From: Myxococcales bacterium
Lineage (GTDB): Bacteria; Myxococcota_A; Polyangia; Polyangiales; DASUME01
Assembly (NCBI GenBank): GCA_047601445.1
Contig: JASGJH010000001.1
Location: 8,576,001-8,640,000 of the forward strand
Reading direction: 5' to 3'
DNA: 64,000 nt
Each line of letters opens with the position of its first letter. Position 1 is the first letter of the stretch. The translations under genes and the position numbers were made by a program. Positions 29,431 through 41,273 of the stretch are shown piece by piece. A model generated the notes under the pieces. The model was not told the origin of the DNA and made no database searches. It saw only the letters and a list, made by a program, of their open reading frames with translations.

Positions 29431-29967
29431 ATGGCACGTCGCGTACGAACTCTGATCATGGTTGGCTTGTGCAGCGCACTCGGGGCCTGCAGCACCGAGC
29501 CTACGCAGTCCAGCAAGCCCGCTGCACCGAGCGTGGAGCACACGGACCACGCCGCGACCGCAGCGCCTGGCGCGGCCGCACTCAAGCCGGTGAGCGCGCC
29601 CGCGGGGGCCAAGGTGGTCTGCCTGGCACCCGAGGATGGCGCCACGGTGACGGGACCGCTCGTGGACGGCAAGGTCGTGGTGCACGTCAAGATGGGTACC
29701 GAGGGCATCGAAGTGAAGCCCGCCGGCGAACAGATCGACGGCACGGGACACCACCACATCGTGGTCGATGGCGCGGGGATTCCCGTCGGTGACGCGGTGC
29801 CCAAGGACGAGACGCATTTGCACTTTGGCAAGGGGCAGACCGAAGCCGACGTGCCGCTCACGCCGGGGCCGCACACGCTGACGCTGCAGTTCGCCGACGG
29901 AGCGCACCTTTCGTACGGGCCGCAGCTCGCGAACACGATCAAGTTCACCGTGGCGGCGGCGCCCTGA
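29431..29967 (+). CDS. DUF4399-domain lipoprotein
   Basis: LGAC lipobox; PAG...TGHHHIVVD...HFGKGQTE...LTPGPHTLTLQFADGAH. Confidence 0.88.
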   Translation: MARRVRTLIMVGLCSALGACSTEPTQSSKPAAPSVEHTDHAATAAPGAAALKPVSAPAGAKVVCLAPEDGATVTGPLVDGKVVVHVKMGTEGIEVKPAGEQIDGTGHHHIVVDGAGIPVGDAVPKDETHLHFGKGQTEADVPLTPGPHTLTLQFADGAHLSYGPQLANTIKFTVAAAP

Positions 29968-30063
29968 GTCGGCGCGCCTCGGGTCACGACGGGCGGTGGG
30001 AAGGCGCGGGCACGGGCGCGCCTTGCTGGGGCAAGGCTGGCACGGGGTAGAGCGCTGACTTGG

Positions 30064-33000
30064 TCAGCGCTCTGCCAGGGCCAAGGCATGCCAAATCAAC
30101 TCCGGCTCGGTCCCCGTTAGCACTTCGCGCAGGACGATGCCGAGCATGGTGTCGCAGCGATGATCCAACAGACTCGTGGCGCTGCAGTCGAGGATGCGCG
30201 CCTCGACGCTGCTGTGGGAGAGTGCGCCGAAGCCGTGAGCCTCGTCGAGTGGCGTGAGGCCGCTGCGATGGCCTCGAATCAATGTGATGGGTGCCCCGCA
30301 CGGACGCGCACGATGGCGCAGCAGGGCGTTCCATTGAGGCGCGCTCAGGCTTTGATAGCAAGCCGGCACGGCCGGCAGGTCGGCCGGGTCTTCGAGCGCC
30401 GGTGGTCCGTCTGGGACGCGGCGGAGGAGTTGCTGCAGGCTGCGCGCCCAGAGCAGCTTGCGGTTCTCCGCCTGGTGGGGGAGGAGCCGGGAGTAGCCGA
30501 GCATGGCCCTGCGAACGTTGGGAGCCAACGCCCTCAGGTACGCGAGCGAAGGGGCATAATGTGCGCCGGGCGCCAGGCTCTGGATCGCGATGACCCGGCT
30601 TACCTCGACGCCCTCGGACTCGAGCTGTACGGCCATCTCCTGCGCCACGTTGCCGCCGAGTCCCACGCCCAGCAGGCACAAGGTCTTCGGCAGGGCCTGA
30701 CGACGCATGGCGGCCACGTGGCGCGCCGCGAGCTCTTCGAGCTCCAGGTACACGTCTTCGTCACAGGTGACGGCGAGCGAGGCGATGCTCAAGCCGTCCA
30801 CGAGCGGGCGGTACCAGGCGAGGGCGCGCTCGGTGCCGCAGCCGTCCGGGTGCACGCAGAAGAGCTGCGGACTTTGCCCGTTGTCCGCCAGCGGCACGAG
30901 ATAGGACGCGCGGGGATCGCGACGTGGGATCTCGCTGGCGCGCACGAGGAGGCTCAACTCGAGCGGAGTCGGTGCCTCGAACAGCGTGGCGAGCGGCAAG
31001 CGCTTGTTCGTTTGTACCAACATCTTCTCGAACAGCCGCACGGCCAAGATCGAATGGCCACCCAGGTCGAAAAAGCTGTCGGTCAGTCCCACCGGCGCGC
31101 GGCCGAGGAACTCCTCGAAAAGGCGGCAAATCATGGTCTCGAGCTCGTCGCGCGGGGGCTCGTAGTTGCGCGCAGCCTCGTCTCCGAAGCTCGGCGGCAG
31201 CAGGGCCTTGCGGTCGAGCTTGCCGTTGCGCGTCAGCGGCAACGCGGGCAGCTCGACGAAGGCGCTCGGGATCATGTAGTCGGGGAGCTGCGTCTTGAGC
31301 GCGGCCTGCAGCTCTTGCACCACGAGGTTTTTCGCGTGCTGCTTGACCACGTAGGCCACCAGACGCACGTCGTGGGGCGCGATCTCGCAGGGCTTCACCG
31401 CACATGCTTCGATGCCAGGCAGGCGCAGCAATTGATTCTCGATCTCCACCTAGCTCCACGCGATGGCCGCGGAGCTTGACCTGCTCGTCGAGGCGTCCCA
31501 AGAACTCGATCTCACCGTCCGGGCGAAAGCGCGCGGCGTCGCCCGTGCGGTACATGCGCCCGCGGACCTCCACCAGCGAGGTGCGCCCGTCTCGGCGCGC
31601 GTAGGATACCGAGAACGGATCGGAGACGAAGCGCTCGGCGCTCAGATCGGGGCGCCTGTGGTAGCCACGCGCGACGCCTGCGCCTCCGATATAGAGCTCG
31701 CCCGCGACGCCAGGGGGCACCGGGATGCCGCCCTCGTCCAGCACGTAGATCGAGGTGTTGTCGATAGCGCGCCCCAGGACCACGCTGGTGGCGTCAGGCA
31801 GCACACGCGCGCAGGCGCTCCAAATGGTGGTCTCGGTGGGGCCGTACAGGTTGAACAAGCCGCCGCCCGCGCGAGCCGCGAGTGCGCGCGCCATCTCCAG
31901 CGGCAGCGCCTCGCCGCCGCACAGGAGCTTGAGGTTCTCCAGGCGCGGCAGACCCACCTCGAGCAGCATGCGATAAGTGGATGGCGTGGCCTGCAGACAG
32001 GTGATGTCGCCGCGGGCCAAGCGTCGCGCGAGCTCGGCGCCGTCAGCGGAGAGCAGGCGCGGGGCGATCTCGAGCTGGGCGCCCACGAACAGCGGCAAGA
32101 AGAGCTCGAGCGCGGCGATGTCGAAAGACACCGTGGTCAAGGCGAGCAGGCGATCGTGTTCGGCGAGTCCCGGACGGCGGGCCATGGCGCTCAGCAGGTT
32201 GAACAACGCCGACTGCAGGATTCTCGACTCCCTTGGGCCGACCCGTGGAGCCCGACGTGAATATCAGATACGCGAGGTGATGGGGCTGGAGACCGCCGCG
32301 AGGGGGTGGGTCGGTCGGCATCGCAGTGGTGTGGGGAAGAGCCGACTCGAGCACCAGCACGGCGGCCTCGCAGGCAGGCAAGCTGCCGCGCAGCGCTTGT
32401 TCGGTGATCACCACCCGGGGGCTCGCGTCCTCCAACATGAGGCCGATGCGCGCGGGCGGGTAACTCGGATCGAGCGGCACGTAGGCGCCGCCGGCTTTCA
32501 TCACGGCCAAGAGCGCGACCACCAGCTCCACGCCGCGCTCGAGGAACACCGCGACCTGGACCTCGGGCGCCACGCCCAGCGTGCGCAGCCGGTGGGCCAG
32601 TTGATTCGCGCGCACGTCGAGCATGCGATAGCTGACTGTCTCCTGTCCCGCGAGGACGGCCGTCCGGTCCGGATGTGCGCCCACGCGGGACTCGAATACG
32701 TCGAGAAAGAGCTCGCTTCCGCCCTGCGCTCGCGCCGGTCCGCGGCCCTGCGAGAGGAGCTCTTCCTGCTCGAGCGGCAGCAGCCACGGCAGCTTGCCGC
32801 AGCGCGCGTGGGGCTCGAGCAGCGCGCTCTCCAGCAACACGATGAAGCGCTCGGCCAGGCGTTCGGCGCTCGTAAGGCTCATCGAGTCGCTCTGGTACTC
32901 GAGGCGCACCTGGGTCTGGGTACCCGTGTCGAGCAAGGAGAGGGAGACCTCATGGGGCGAGGCTGCACGGTCCAACAGCAGCGGCTCGACCTCGAGGGCA

Positions 33001-36000
33001 TCGACGTGAGGCTTCAATCTCCGCATGACCTGATAGTCGAAGTGCGTTTGGAAGAGCGGTGCGTGAGCGTGGCTGAGCGCTGGGGCCAGCGCTTCCACGA
33101 CGTGCTCGAAGGGCACCGACCGATGCTCCAGCGCCTCGAGAACGTTGGCCTTCACCGACTGCACCAGCTCGGCGAAGCTCGCCTCCGGAGCTACCTGGCT
33201 CCGCATCACCAGCGTGTTCGCGAACGGGCCCACCATCCGTTCGGTCTGCACGTGCTCACGTCCTGAGACCTTCGTGCCCACGCACAAGTCGGTCTCACCG
33301 GAACTGCGCATCAAGAGCACGTCGAAGGCGCTCAGCAGGGCCATGAAGCGCGTGACGCCGAACTCGAGGCAAAACGCGTCGAGTGCCGTCACCACCGTCG
33401 ATGGCAGCGTGCGCGTGACCAACCCGCCTTCGAGACTGCGTTGGGCCGGGCGCGGTCCATCGCTCGGGAAGGTCGACAGCAGCGGAGCGCCGGCCAGCTG
33501 GGTGCACCAGTAGCGGAGTGCCGCCTCCGACGACGGCGCACCATCGGGCTGAGTGCGTTGCCAGTGCGCGTAGTCCGGGAAGGACACCTCGTTCGCTGGC
33601 AGCTGCGCCTCGTCGCGACGGAGCTCGCTCCGATACAGCGCGCACAGCTCGGCGAACAGCAGGTCGAGCGAGCCGCCATCACAGGCGATTGGGTGAATCA
33701 CGAGGGCGAGCAAGCGCAGCTGGGAGTCGACGCGATAGAGCCGGCACTTGGCCACCGCGCCCCGGGTCAGGTCGAAGGGCTCTCGGGCCAGCTTGGCAGC
33801 CTGTTTCTCGGCCAGCTCCAGCGACGCCACCTCGCTCACCTCGAGCGGCAGCTCCTGGGCAGACAGCACCCGTTGGAGGAGGCCCGGAGAGCTGCGATAG
33901 CGTGTGCGCAAGGCGGCGTGGCGTGCGATCAGCGCCTGCAGCGCGGCGCGCAGTGCCGTCTCTTGACACGGTCCGCGCAGCACGAGCGCGCCCGCCACGT
34001 GGCAAGCGCTCGCGGCTGCATCGAGGGTATGTTCGCGCCAGATGCGCTCCTGGGGCAGCGCAAGCGGGAATAGATCGGCGTGCTGGGGCTCGATGGGCGG
34101 CGCTGGCAGCTGAGCTGGCGCGGCTTCCAGCATGACGGACAGGCGCGCCGCGCTGCGCGCTTCGAACAGCCACGCGAGCGGGACGTGCACCGACAGCGCG
34201 CGCTCGAGCCTGGCCAAGAGCTGCATTGCCAGGACGGACTCCATGCCCAGACGGAACAGGTCCTCGTCTGGATCGACGGCCGTGAGCCCCAGGAGAGCGG
34301 CGCACTCCGCGGTCACCAGAGCTTCGTGCTCGGAACGGCGCGCCGGGGCGACCAGCGCGCAGGCTTGCCGCAAGACGGTCTCGAACTCGCCGTCCAGGTA
34401 ACGGCGTTTCGCCAGGGAGCGCTGGACCTTGCCGCTCGAGGTCTTCGGGAGCGTGCCGGGGCGTACCAGCCACAGGTCGTGCAAGATGAGCTCGTGCTCT
34501 GCGAATACGGCGGCGCGCAGCATCCTCCCCACTTGCTCCCAGTCGAGCTCTTGCGTGAGCTCCACCTCCTGGATCAGACACACTCGCTCCTCGCCCTCGA
34601 AATCAACCGAGAACGCCGCAGCACAGTTGGCACGCGCGGCAGGGTGCGCCCCCTGCACGGTGTGCTCGATGTCCTCTGGGTACAGGTTGCGGCCGCGCAC
34701 GATCAGCAAGTCCTTCAGCCTGCCGGTGACGTACAGCTGGCCGGCCAGCACGAACCCGAGATCTCCCGTGCGCAGCCAATCCTGGCCGTCGTCGGGGCTG
34801 GGGCGCGCCCGAAACACCTGCTCGGTCTCTTCGCCGCGCTGAAAGTAGCCATTGGGCACGGATGGGCCGTGCAGCCAGATCTCACCGACCAGGCTGCGAT
34901 CGTGCGCCGACGCGGCTGGCTCGATCTCGCGCCCGCTGCTGGGATCCACGATCATCACATGATGGCCCGGGATCACGCTGCCGCAGCCCACGACCAAGGT
35001 CGTATCCTCTTGCGTGGTGGCGCGCGCGACATGGTGACGCCCGAGCTCGCGCTCCGAGGCGGGGAAGCTGGTGGGCCCGCTCGCGTCAGTGAAGGACACC
35101 AGCAAGGTGGCCTCGGCCAGTCCGTAGCAGGGGCGTAGCGCCGAGCGTCGAAAGCCGACCGGCTCGAAGGCCGTGCAGAACGCGTCGAGGGTCTCGGCGC
35201 GCACGCGCTCGGCGCCGTTCCAGGCGACGCTCCAGCACGACAGGTCGAGGCCGCGCTTGTGCCGTTCGTCGATGCGCTTACTGCACAGTGCGTAGGCGAA
35301 GTCCGGGGCGCCGCCGTGGGTCCCGCGGTAGCGCGTGAAGGCATCGAGCCAGCGCGAGGGCTCGGCGAGGAAGGCTTGCGGTGACATCATGGTGGAAGGA
35401 CAGCCGGCCACCACGGGCATCAGCACCGTCGCGACGAGGCCCATGTCGTGGTAGGGCGGCAGCCAGGAGACGACCTGGCTCTCGGGCGACATTCCCGTGG
35501 CTTCCACGCCGCGCATGCAGTTTTCGAGCAGGTTGTCGTGGCTGAGCATCACGCCGCGCGGCGCTGCGCTGGAACCCGACGTGTACTGCAGCAGCGCGAC
35601 GTGTCGTGCCTGCGCATCGGCGAACAGGAGCTCGCGGGAGGCGAACCCCGCAGCCTCGAGCGCGTCGACCGCGATCAAGTCCAGGCTCGAGCTGGTGTAC
35701 GTGCGGAGATCGCGCTCGAGCGGTTCCACGAGCGAGCGTGTGACCAGCGCCGCGCCGGCCAGGGTGTCCGCCAGGAGCAACTCGAAGCGCGCCGACGAGC
35801 GATGCAGATGCGGCGGCAGCGACGGTACGGCCACGCGCTCCGAGATCAAGCAACCCCACAAGCTCACCAGGTAGTCGAGGCCCGGGGGACACAGCAGGAG
35901 CACGCGCGCGCCCTTCGCCGTGCGGGCCCGCAACGCGTGCGCGACGTCGCTCGCACGCTGATACAGGTCCGCGAAGGACAGCTCGAGGGGCTGCATGTCG

Positions 36001-36098
36001 GCGTCGCGCAGGAAGCGGTACACCAGACGGTCCGGCGTGGCCGCAGCGCGCACAGCCAGCAGAGCCGGCAGAGTTCGGGGCAGGTTGTGGAGGGTCAT
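30064..36098 (-). pseudogene. Non-ribosomal peptide synthetase FAAL-ACP-C-A-PCP-TE (~2010 aa if repaired), split by two +1 frameshifts that may be sequencing errors
   Basis: FAAL: LQYTSGS, SWLPPYHDMGL, PCYGLAE, LRTGDLG, PKTSSGK. ACP: GMES. C: HPIACDG. A: YLIFTSGSTGRPKG, FDI, NLYGPTE, YRTGD, PLTRNGKLDR. PCP: GGHS. TE-like C-terminus. Extra A near 32221 and extra G near 31447. Confidence 0.9.
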
Positions 36099-36949
36099 CG
36101 GCCCTGGCTCGAGGGGTGGAAATGGGCGGGGAGAGAGCGCGCCGGCGTATCGGCCGTGGCCTCCTGGAGCAACGTCGAGAAAGCCGACACCAGGTGTTCG
36201 ACCCAGGGCGGATCGAGGATGAATTGGTGCGTGCCCGGGACCGTCGTGACCCGCACGCCGCCGTCCACCACCGCGCCCCAGCCATTGGTTTGATCTTCGA
36301 ACGAGACGCCCTTCCACTCTGGCGGAGTGGCTGCGCGGAACAAGTCGACGCGACCCGGGTAGCGCGATGGTCGATAGGTTCGCAGTGCGTGTTCGTGGGC
36401 CAAGCTGACGCGCTGCAAGGCCTTGAGTGAGTCGCTGTGTCCCGCCGGAATGCGCGCCATGGCCCAGATGGCGTCCTTGCTGCGGTCCGGCCTGATCACG
36501 TGGCGCTCGGTGGAGACGCCCAGCGCCTGCTTGACCACGCGCGTGACCTGCGTCTTGGTACGCGCCCAGAGCGGAGCACGCCGCGGATAGTCGGGCCCGA
36601 AGGTGTCGAACAGGGCGAGCAGCGCGACCGTCTCACCCTCGCTGACCAAGCTGCAGGCCATCTCGTAGGCGATGTTGCCGCCGAACGAGGGGCCCCCGAG
36701 GAAGTAGGGGCCGCGCGGTTGACGCCGTCGAAGTTGCTCCAGGTAGAACCTGGCGGCCTCGACGACCGACAGGAAGGGCGCGCTGCGTCCGTTTAGCCCG
36801 CGCGCCTGGATGCCGAGCAACGGCTGCTCGCTCGACAGTGCGCTCGCGAACACGTGCGCGTACAGGACGTTGCCGCCGTTGGGGTGCAGCAGCCAAAAGG
36901 GCGTCCGCGTCCCGCCGCGGATCTCGACGACGATGTCATCTTCTTCCAC
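36095..36949 (-). CDS. Stand-alone NRPS-type thioesterase (alpha/beta hydrolase)
   Basis: LLHPNGG, GPYFLGGPSFGG (GxSxG), LFDT, VPGTHQFI; stop overlaps the NRPS ATG (ATGA). Start uncertain. Confidence 0.9.
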   Translation of the reverse strand: MEEDDIVVEIRGGTRTPFWLLHPNGGNVLYAHVFASALSSEQPLLGIQARGLNGRSAPFLSVVEAARFYLEQLRRRQPRGPYFLGGPSFGGNIAYEMACSLVSEGETVALLALFDTFGPDYPRRAPLWARTKTQVTRVVKQALGVSTERHVIRPDRSKDAIWAMARIPAGHSDSLKALQRVSLAHEHALRTYRPSRYPGRVDLFRAATPPEWKGVSFEDQTNGWGAVVDGGVRVTTVPGTHQFILDPPWVEHLVSAFSTLLQEATADTPARSLPAHFHPSSQGR

Positions 36950-37288
36950 GTGAACCGGTGCAGGATAGGCTCGCCTTCGCGAGCAAGGCAACAGGCTCGC
37001 CGGCGCGCGAATCCGCGTGAACGCATCGGTGTCGGTCCCACGACGCGCGGCCTGCGTGCGCTCAAAACCGGCTTTTCCTCGCGCTATTTCGCGCTTCGTG
37101 CAGGCTCACGACGCCACGCTTGGGACGGCGAGCATCACGCGTTGCACGCTCGCCGTGTTGGGTACACGTTTTTCGCTGACCGTAACCCCCGTGCGCTCGG
37201 CGCCGCGCAAGACGCAGTCCGTTCGCTTCGGGAAGTCACTCCGCGCGCCGGGCGCTCGCTTGCCTCGAGGGACGGCGAGCCGCCCCGT

Positions 37289-37753
37289 TCAGGCGCCAGC
37301 GTAGTGACGAATGGCAGCCTTGCGTGCCGCGTTCAGTCGCTCGGCCATCAGCACCGCGAAGCGCTTGAGCAGCTCGTAACCCAGCTGTGGGTCGGCTTCG
37401 CAGGCGGCGCGCAGACGCTCACCGTCCACCGCGATCACGCTGCTCGGCGAGGTCGCCCGCGCGTCGAAGGCCCAGCGGTAAGGTGAGATCAACCATGACC
37501 ACCCCAACATGCTGCCGCTGCCCAACTTCTGAATTGCCAGAGGCTCCCCGTCGATGGAGGGGATCTCCACCTGCACGCTGCCGCTGCGGACGATGAAGAA
37601 ATGGGTAGCCGGCTTGTCCTGCTCGAACACGCGCTGGTTCGCGTCGAATTGGACCAGGGTCGCCAGGCCACCGATCAGCGCGATCTGCTCCTGCTTGAGA
37701 CCCTTGAAGATGGGGTGCTGCGCCAAATACACCGTCAGCGTGCCGTCCGACAT
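37289..37753 (-). CDS. Cyclic-nucleotide-binding (Crp-type) domain protein without HTH
   Basis: HPIFKGL, VFEQDKPA, FFIVRSG, LGWSWLISPYRWAFDARA. Confidence 0.88.
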   Translation of the reverse strand: MSDGTLTVYLAQHPIFKGLKQEQIALIGGLATLVQFDANQRVFEQDKPATHFFIVRSGSVQVEIPSIDGEPLAIQKLGSGSMLGWSWLISPYRWAFDARATSPSSVIAVDGERLRAACEADPQLGYELLKRFAVLMAERLNAARKAAIRHYAGA

Positions 37754-37868
37754 GGATCACTCTCTTGGTTTTGCCCCGCGCAGTCCCGCGCGTAGGCCTA
37801 CCGTGCACACTTGGCAGAATGTGATTCGCGCGCAAGTCGGAACGCCCGTGTGCTCGTTTACGGGATGG

Positions 37869-39179
37869 TCACGCGACCTCCCCGCGGAGCGTCAGCTTCG
37901 CCACCAGCTCCACGTGCGGCGTCTGCGGCAGCGTATCGAAGGCTCGCAACGACACGAGTTGGTAACATGCGGCGAGTCGACTGAGGTCACGGGCCAGACC
38001 CTCCGGTCCGCAGCTCATGATGCGCAGCTCGGGCGCAGCGAGTGCCACGAGCCCGGCGCAGACGCGCTCACCCATCCCCTTGCGCGGAGGGTTGGCCACC
38101 ACCAGGTCCGGCCGCGTCCCCCGCTCGACGGCCTGCTCCACGAACTCCGCCACGTCCTGGGCCGGTACCCCCAGCTTTTCCGCGCTCTCCGGGTAGGACT
38201 CGCAGGGGACCACGTCCTCGAAGTGGGTCCGCAGCTTGGCCGTCGTCACCCCTGCCCCCGCGTACAGGTCCAAGGCCAGCCTGCCCGGCTGAGCGCCAGC
38301 CTTGTGGTCCGTCAGCGCCGCATAGGCGAGCGTCGCCACCTCGGGGTTGGGCTGCAGAAAGCCCAGCGCCGCCAGCGGTACCGAGTGACCGAGCAGTTCG
38401 GCAGGCAAATCGGCGCGGCCGGTGAGCGCGCGTGGTGAGCTGCCTCGCATGTTGTTGCTGGGCCCGGCCTGGACGCTCTGGCTGACGCCCACCAGCACGT
38501 CGTCCAGGGATGCGCTCAACAACTCGGCGGCGCGGCTCTCGGCCGCCGCCGTGACCAGCGTGATGAGCACCTGTCGGCCATTGGTCTTGCCCCACACGTA
38601 GCGCAGATCACCGCGCCCCGAACGCTCGTCGAAGGGCTCCACCTGCAGCGTTTGCGCCCGCGCCTCGAGTCGGTCGAACGTGTCCCGCAGCAACGGATGC
38701 TCGACGAGACAGCCCGTCATCCGCGCGGGCACGTGGCTCTCCCGCACGTAGCTGCCTAGCAGCAAGGAGCCCGCACGACCCAGCGCCACACGCTTGCTGG
38801 ACCAGCGATAGCCGAGCACCGGACCGGCGCTCTCCAGCTCGGCCACCTCGAGGCCGAACTGCGCTGCCAGCATGTCCCGTTTGGCCCTTCGCTGGGCCTC
38901 CTCGCTGAGCTCCATCAGCGCGCAGCCAGCGCAGCGTCCGCCGCGCCCCACATGGTTCGGGCACGGGGCCTCGCGCCGATCCGGATGGACCATCTCGAGC
39001 TGCTGCAGGCGCGCGAACGCACGCGGGTGCTGCCGGGACACCGCCTCGATCCGGACCTGAGCGGACTCGCCGGGGAACAGCCCTGCGCACATCACGGAGC
39101 GCCCCTCGAGCTCCGCCACGCCCACGCCTTCCAGTGTGATTCCGTGGGCGGTTACGTGCGCTTGGTCGCCATTCTTCAC
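37869..39179 (-). CDS. TrmA/RlmD-family RNA m5U methyltransferase
   Basis: TRAM-like N-terminus, C-x9-C-x2-C, FLQPN, LDLYAGAG, NPPRKG, MSC, PQTPHVE. Confidence 0.88.
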   Translation of the reverse strand: MKNGDQAHVTAHGITLEGVGVAELEGRSVMCAGLFPGESAQVRIEAVSRQHPRAFARLQQLEMVHPDRREAPCPNHVGRGGRCAGCALMELSEEAQRRAKRDMLAAQFGLEVAELESAGPVLGYRWSSKRVALGRAGSLLLGSYVRESHVPARMTGCLVEHPLLRDTFDRLEARAQTLQVEPFDERSGRGDLRYVWGKTNGRQVLITLVTAAAESRAAELLSASLDDVLVGVSQSVQAGPSNNMRGSSPRALTGRADLPAELLGHSVPLAALGFLQPNPEVATLAYAALTDHKAGAQPGRLALDLYAGAGVTTAKLRTHFEDVVPCESYPESAEKLGVPAQDVAEFVEQAVERGTRPDLVVANPPRKGMGERVCAGLVALAAPELRIMSCGPEGLARDLSRLAACYQLVSLRAFDTLPQTPHVELVAKLTLRGEVA

Positions 39180-39256
39180 CGTCGAAGCCTGATCACAGAT
39201 GCCCAGATGTTCAAGTCTGGGGCTACCCCAGGCCGGACCTGCTACCCTGCGGCCCC

Positions 39257-41233
39257 ATGAGTTCCCTGGTCGAGCTTCGCCGCAAAGATGGGCGCGCGCG
39301 TCGCGATCTCACGGCGTTTCTTCCGACCACGCGCGAGGAAATGGCGGCCCGCGGCTGGGACCAGCTCGACGTCCTCATCATCAATGGCGACGCCTACGTG
39401 GACCATCCGGCCTTCGGCGGTGCCCTGATCGGGCGCTTCCTCGAGGGGCGTGGCTTTCGGGTGGGCATGATCGCTCAGCCGCGCTGGGATGCACCCGAGG
39501 ACCTGCTGGTGATGGGAGCGCCCAAGCTGTTCGTGGGCATCACGGCTGGCAACCTCGACAGCATGCTCAACAAGCTCACCGCGCAGAAGAAGGTGCGCTC
39601 GGAGGACCAGTACTCCCCCGGCGGTCGCACCGGTGCGCGCCCCAACCGCGCCAGCATCGTGTACGCCAACCTGGCGCGTCGCGCATTCCCGGGCGTACCG
39701 CTGGTGCTCGGAGGCATCGAGGCTTCGCTGCGTCGCATCGCGCACTTCGACTACTGGAGCGAGCAGGTGAGGCGCTCCATCTTGCTCGACTCCAAGGCCG
39801 ACATGGTGATCTTCGGCATGGGCGAGCGACCGGTTTGGGAGCTGGCCGAGCGGCTCAAGGCCGGAGCGCGCATCGAGCAGGTTCGAGACCTCCGCGGCAC
39901 GGGCTTCGTGCTGCGCAAGGGCGAGTGGGAGAACCTCGAGGGCAGTCGCTTCGTGCGCGATGGCAAGCCCGTGATCCTGCCGAGCTACGAAGAGGTGTCC
40001 GCGGACACGCCCGAGGCGCGCCGAGCGTTCAGCGAGGCAAGCCGCGCCTTTCAGCTCGAGACCAACCCGGGCAATGGCAGACCGATCGTGCAGCCGCACG
40101 GCGTGGAGGCCATCTACCTCAATCCTCCTGCGCAACCGCTCGACACCGCGACCATGGACGAGCTCTACGACCTGCCGTTCCAGCGTGCGGCCCACCACAG
40201 CTACGCCGATCCGATTCCAGCCTTCGAGACGGTCAAGCACTCCATCGTCACCATGCGCGGGTGCTTCGGCGGCTGCAGCTTCTGTTCGATCACCGAGCAC
40301 GAGGGGCGCGTGATTCAGTCACGCTCCGCCGAGAGCGTGTTGCGCGAGGTGCGCGCATTGCGTCGACTCGACGACTTCCGCGGGGTGATCAGCGACGTGG
40401 GCGGCCCCACCGCCAACATGTACCAGATGCGCTGCCGCGAGGAGCGCATCGAGAAAGCCTGCCGCCGGCTCTCGTGCGTGTACCCAGGCGTGTGCGAGAA
40501 CCTGGTCACAGACCACGCTCCGCTGGTCGATCTACTGCGCAAGGTCCGCAAGGAGCCCGGCGTGCGCAAGGTGTTCATCGCCTCGGGTGTTCGCTACGAC
40601 CTCGCCGAGCTCAGCCCGGAGTTCGTGGACGAGCTCGCCATGCATCACACCGGCGGGCAGCTCTCGGTGGCTCCCGAGCACGTGGACACCGCGGTGCTCG
40701 ACAAGATGAAGAAGCCCGGGGCAGAGACCTACGAGCGCTTCGCCGATATGTTTGCCTGCTCGAGTGAGAAGAGCGGCAAAGAGCAGCACCTCATTCCCTA
40801 TTACATCTCGGGTCACCCAGGTTCTTCGCTGAACTCGATGATCGACCTGGCGCTCTACCTCAAGCAACGCGGGCTCAGGCCGCGGCAGGTCCAGGACTTC
40901 ATCCCCACCCCGATGTCCATGGCCACCAGCATGTACTACACCGGCCAGGACCCTTTCTCGCGCGAGCCGGTGTACACGGCCAAGACGCTGCACGAGAAGC
41001 GCCTGCAAAAGGCGCTGTTGCAGTACTGGGATCCGGAGCAGCATCACCTGGCGCGCGAAGCGCTGACCGCGGCGGGGCGCAGCGACCTGATCGGCAGCAA
41101 GGCGCACCAGCTGGTGCCGCCGGAGCGCGGACAGGGAGCGTTGTCGATCCATCAGCGGCGTCGCCAGCAGGCCGGAAGGCCCCAGGGGCGTGTGGGTCGG
41201 CGAGGGGCGGGTACCCCGCCGAGCAAGCGCTAG
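39257..41233 (+). CDS. YgiQ (UPF0313) family radical SAM protein
   Basis: GDAYVDHPAFG, GGIEASLRR, RGCFGGCSFC (CxxxCxxC), DVGGPTANMY, SGVRYDL, QVQDFIPTP. Confidence 0.95.
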   Translation: MSSLVELRRKDGRARRDLTAFLPTTREEMAARGWDQLDVLIINGDAYVDHPAFGGALIGRFLEGRGFRVGMIAQPRWDAPEDLLVMGAPKLFVGITAGNLDSMLNKLTAQKKVRSEDQYSPGGRTGARPNRASIVYANLARRAFPGVPLVLGGIEASLRRIAHFDYWSEQVRRSILLDSKADMVIFGMGERPVWELAERLKAGARIEQVRDLRGTGFVLRKGEWENLEGSRFVRDGKPVILPSYEEVSADTPEARRAFSEASRAFQLETNPGNGRPIVQPHGVEAIYLNPPAQPLDTATMDELYDLPFQRAAHHSYADPIPAFETVKHSIVTMRGCFGGCSFCSITEHEGRVIQSRSAESVLREVRALRRLDDFRGVISDVGGPTANMYQMRCREERIEKACRRLSCVYPGVCENLVTDHAPLVDLLRKVRKEPGVRKVFIASGVRYDLAELSPEFVDELAMHHTGGQLSVAPEHVDTAVLDKMKKPGAETYERFADMFACSSEKSGKEQHLIPYYISGHPGSSLNSMIDLALYLKQRGLRPRQVQDFIPTPMSMATSMYYTGQDPFSREPVYTAKTLHEKRLQKALLQYWDPEQHHLAREALTAAGRSDLIGSKAHQLVPPERGQGALSIHQRRRQQAGRPQGRVGRRGAGTPPSKR

Positions 41234-41273
41234 CCAGCACCAACATCGGCTCGTCGTGATCGTGGCGGTGGTC

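Noticed and set aside
31440..32230. Programmed ribosomal frameshifting in the NRPS
   Set aside because: No slippery heptamer at either site, and the same kind of +1 duplication occurs in unrelated genes.
36970..37280. Partial inverted repeats upstream of the thioesterase/NRPS
   Set aside because: The pairing is patchy and of a kind expected by chance at this GC content; no known RNA motif recognised.
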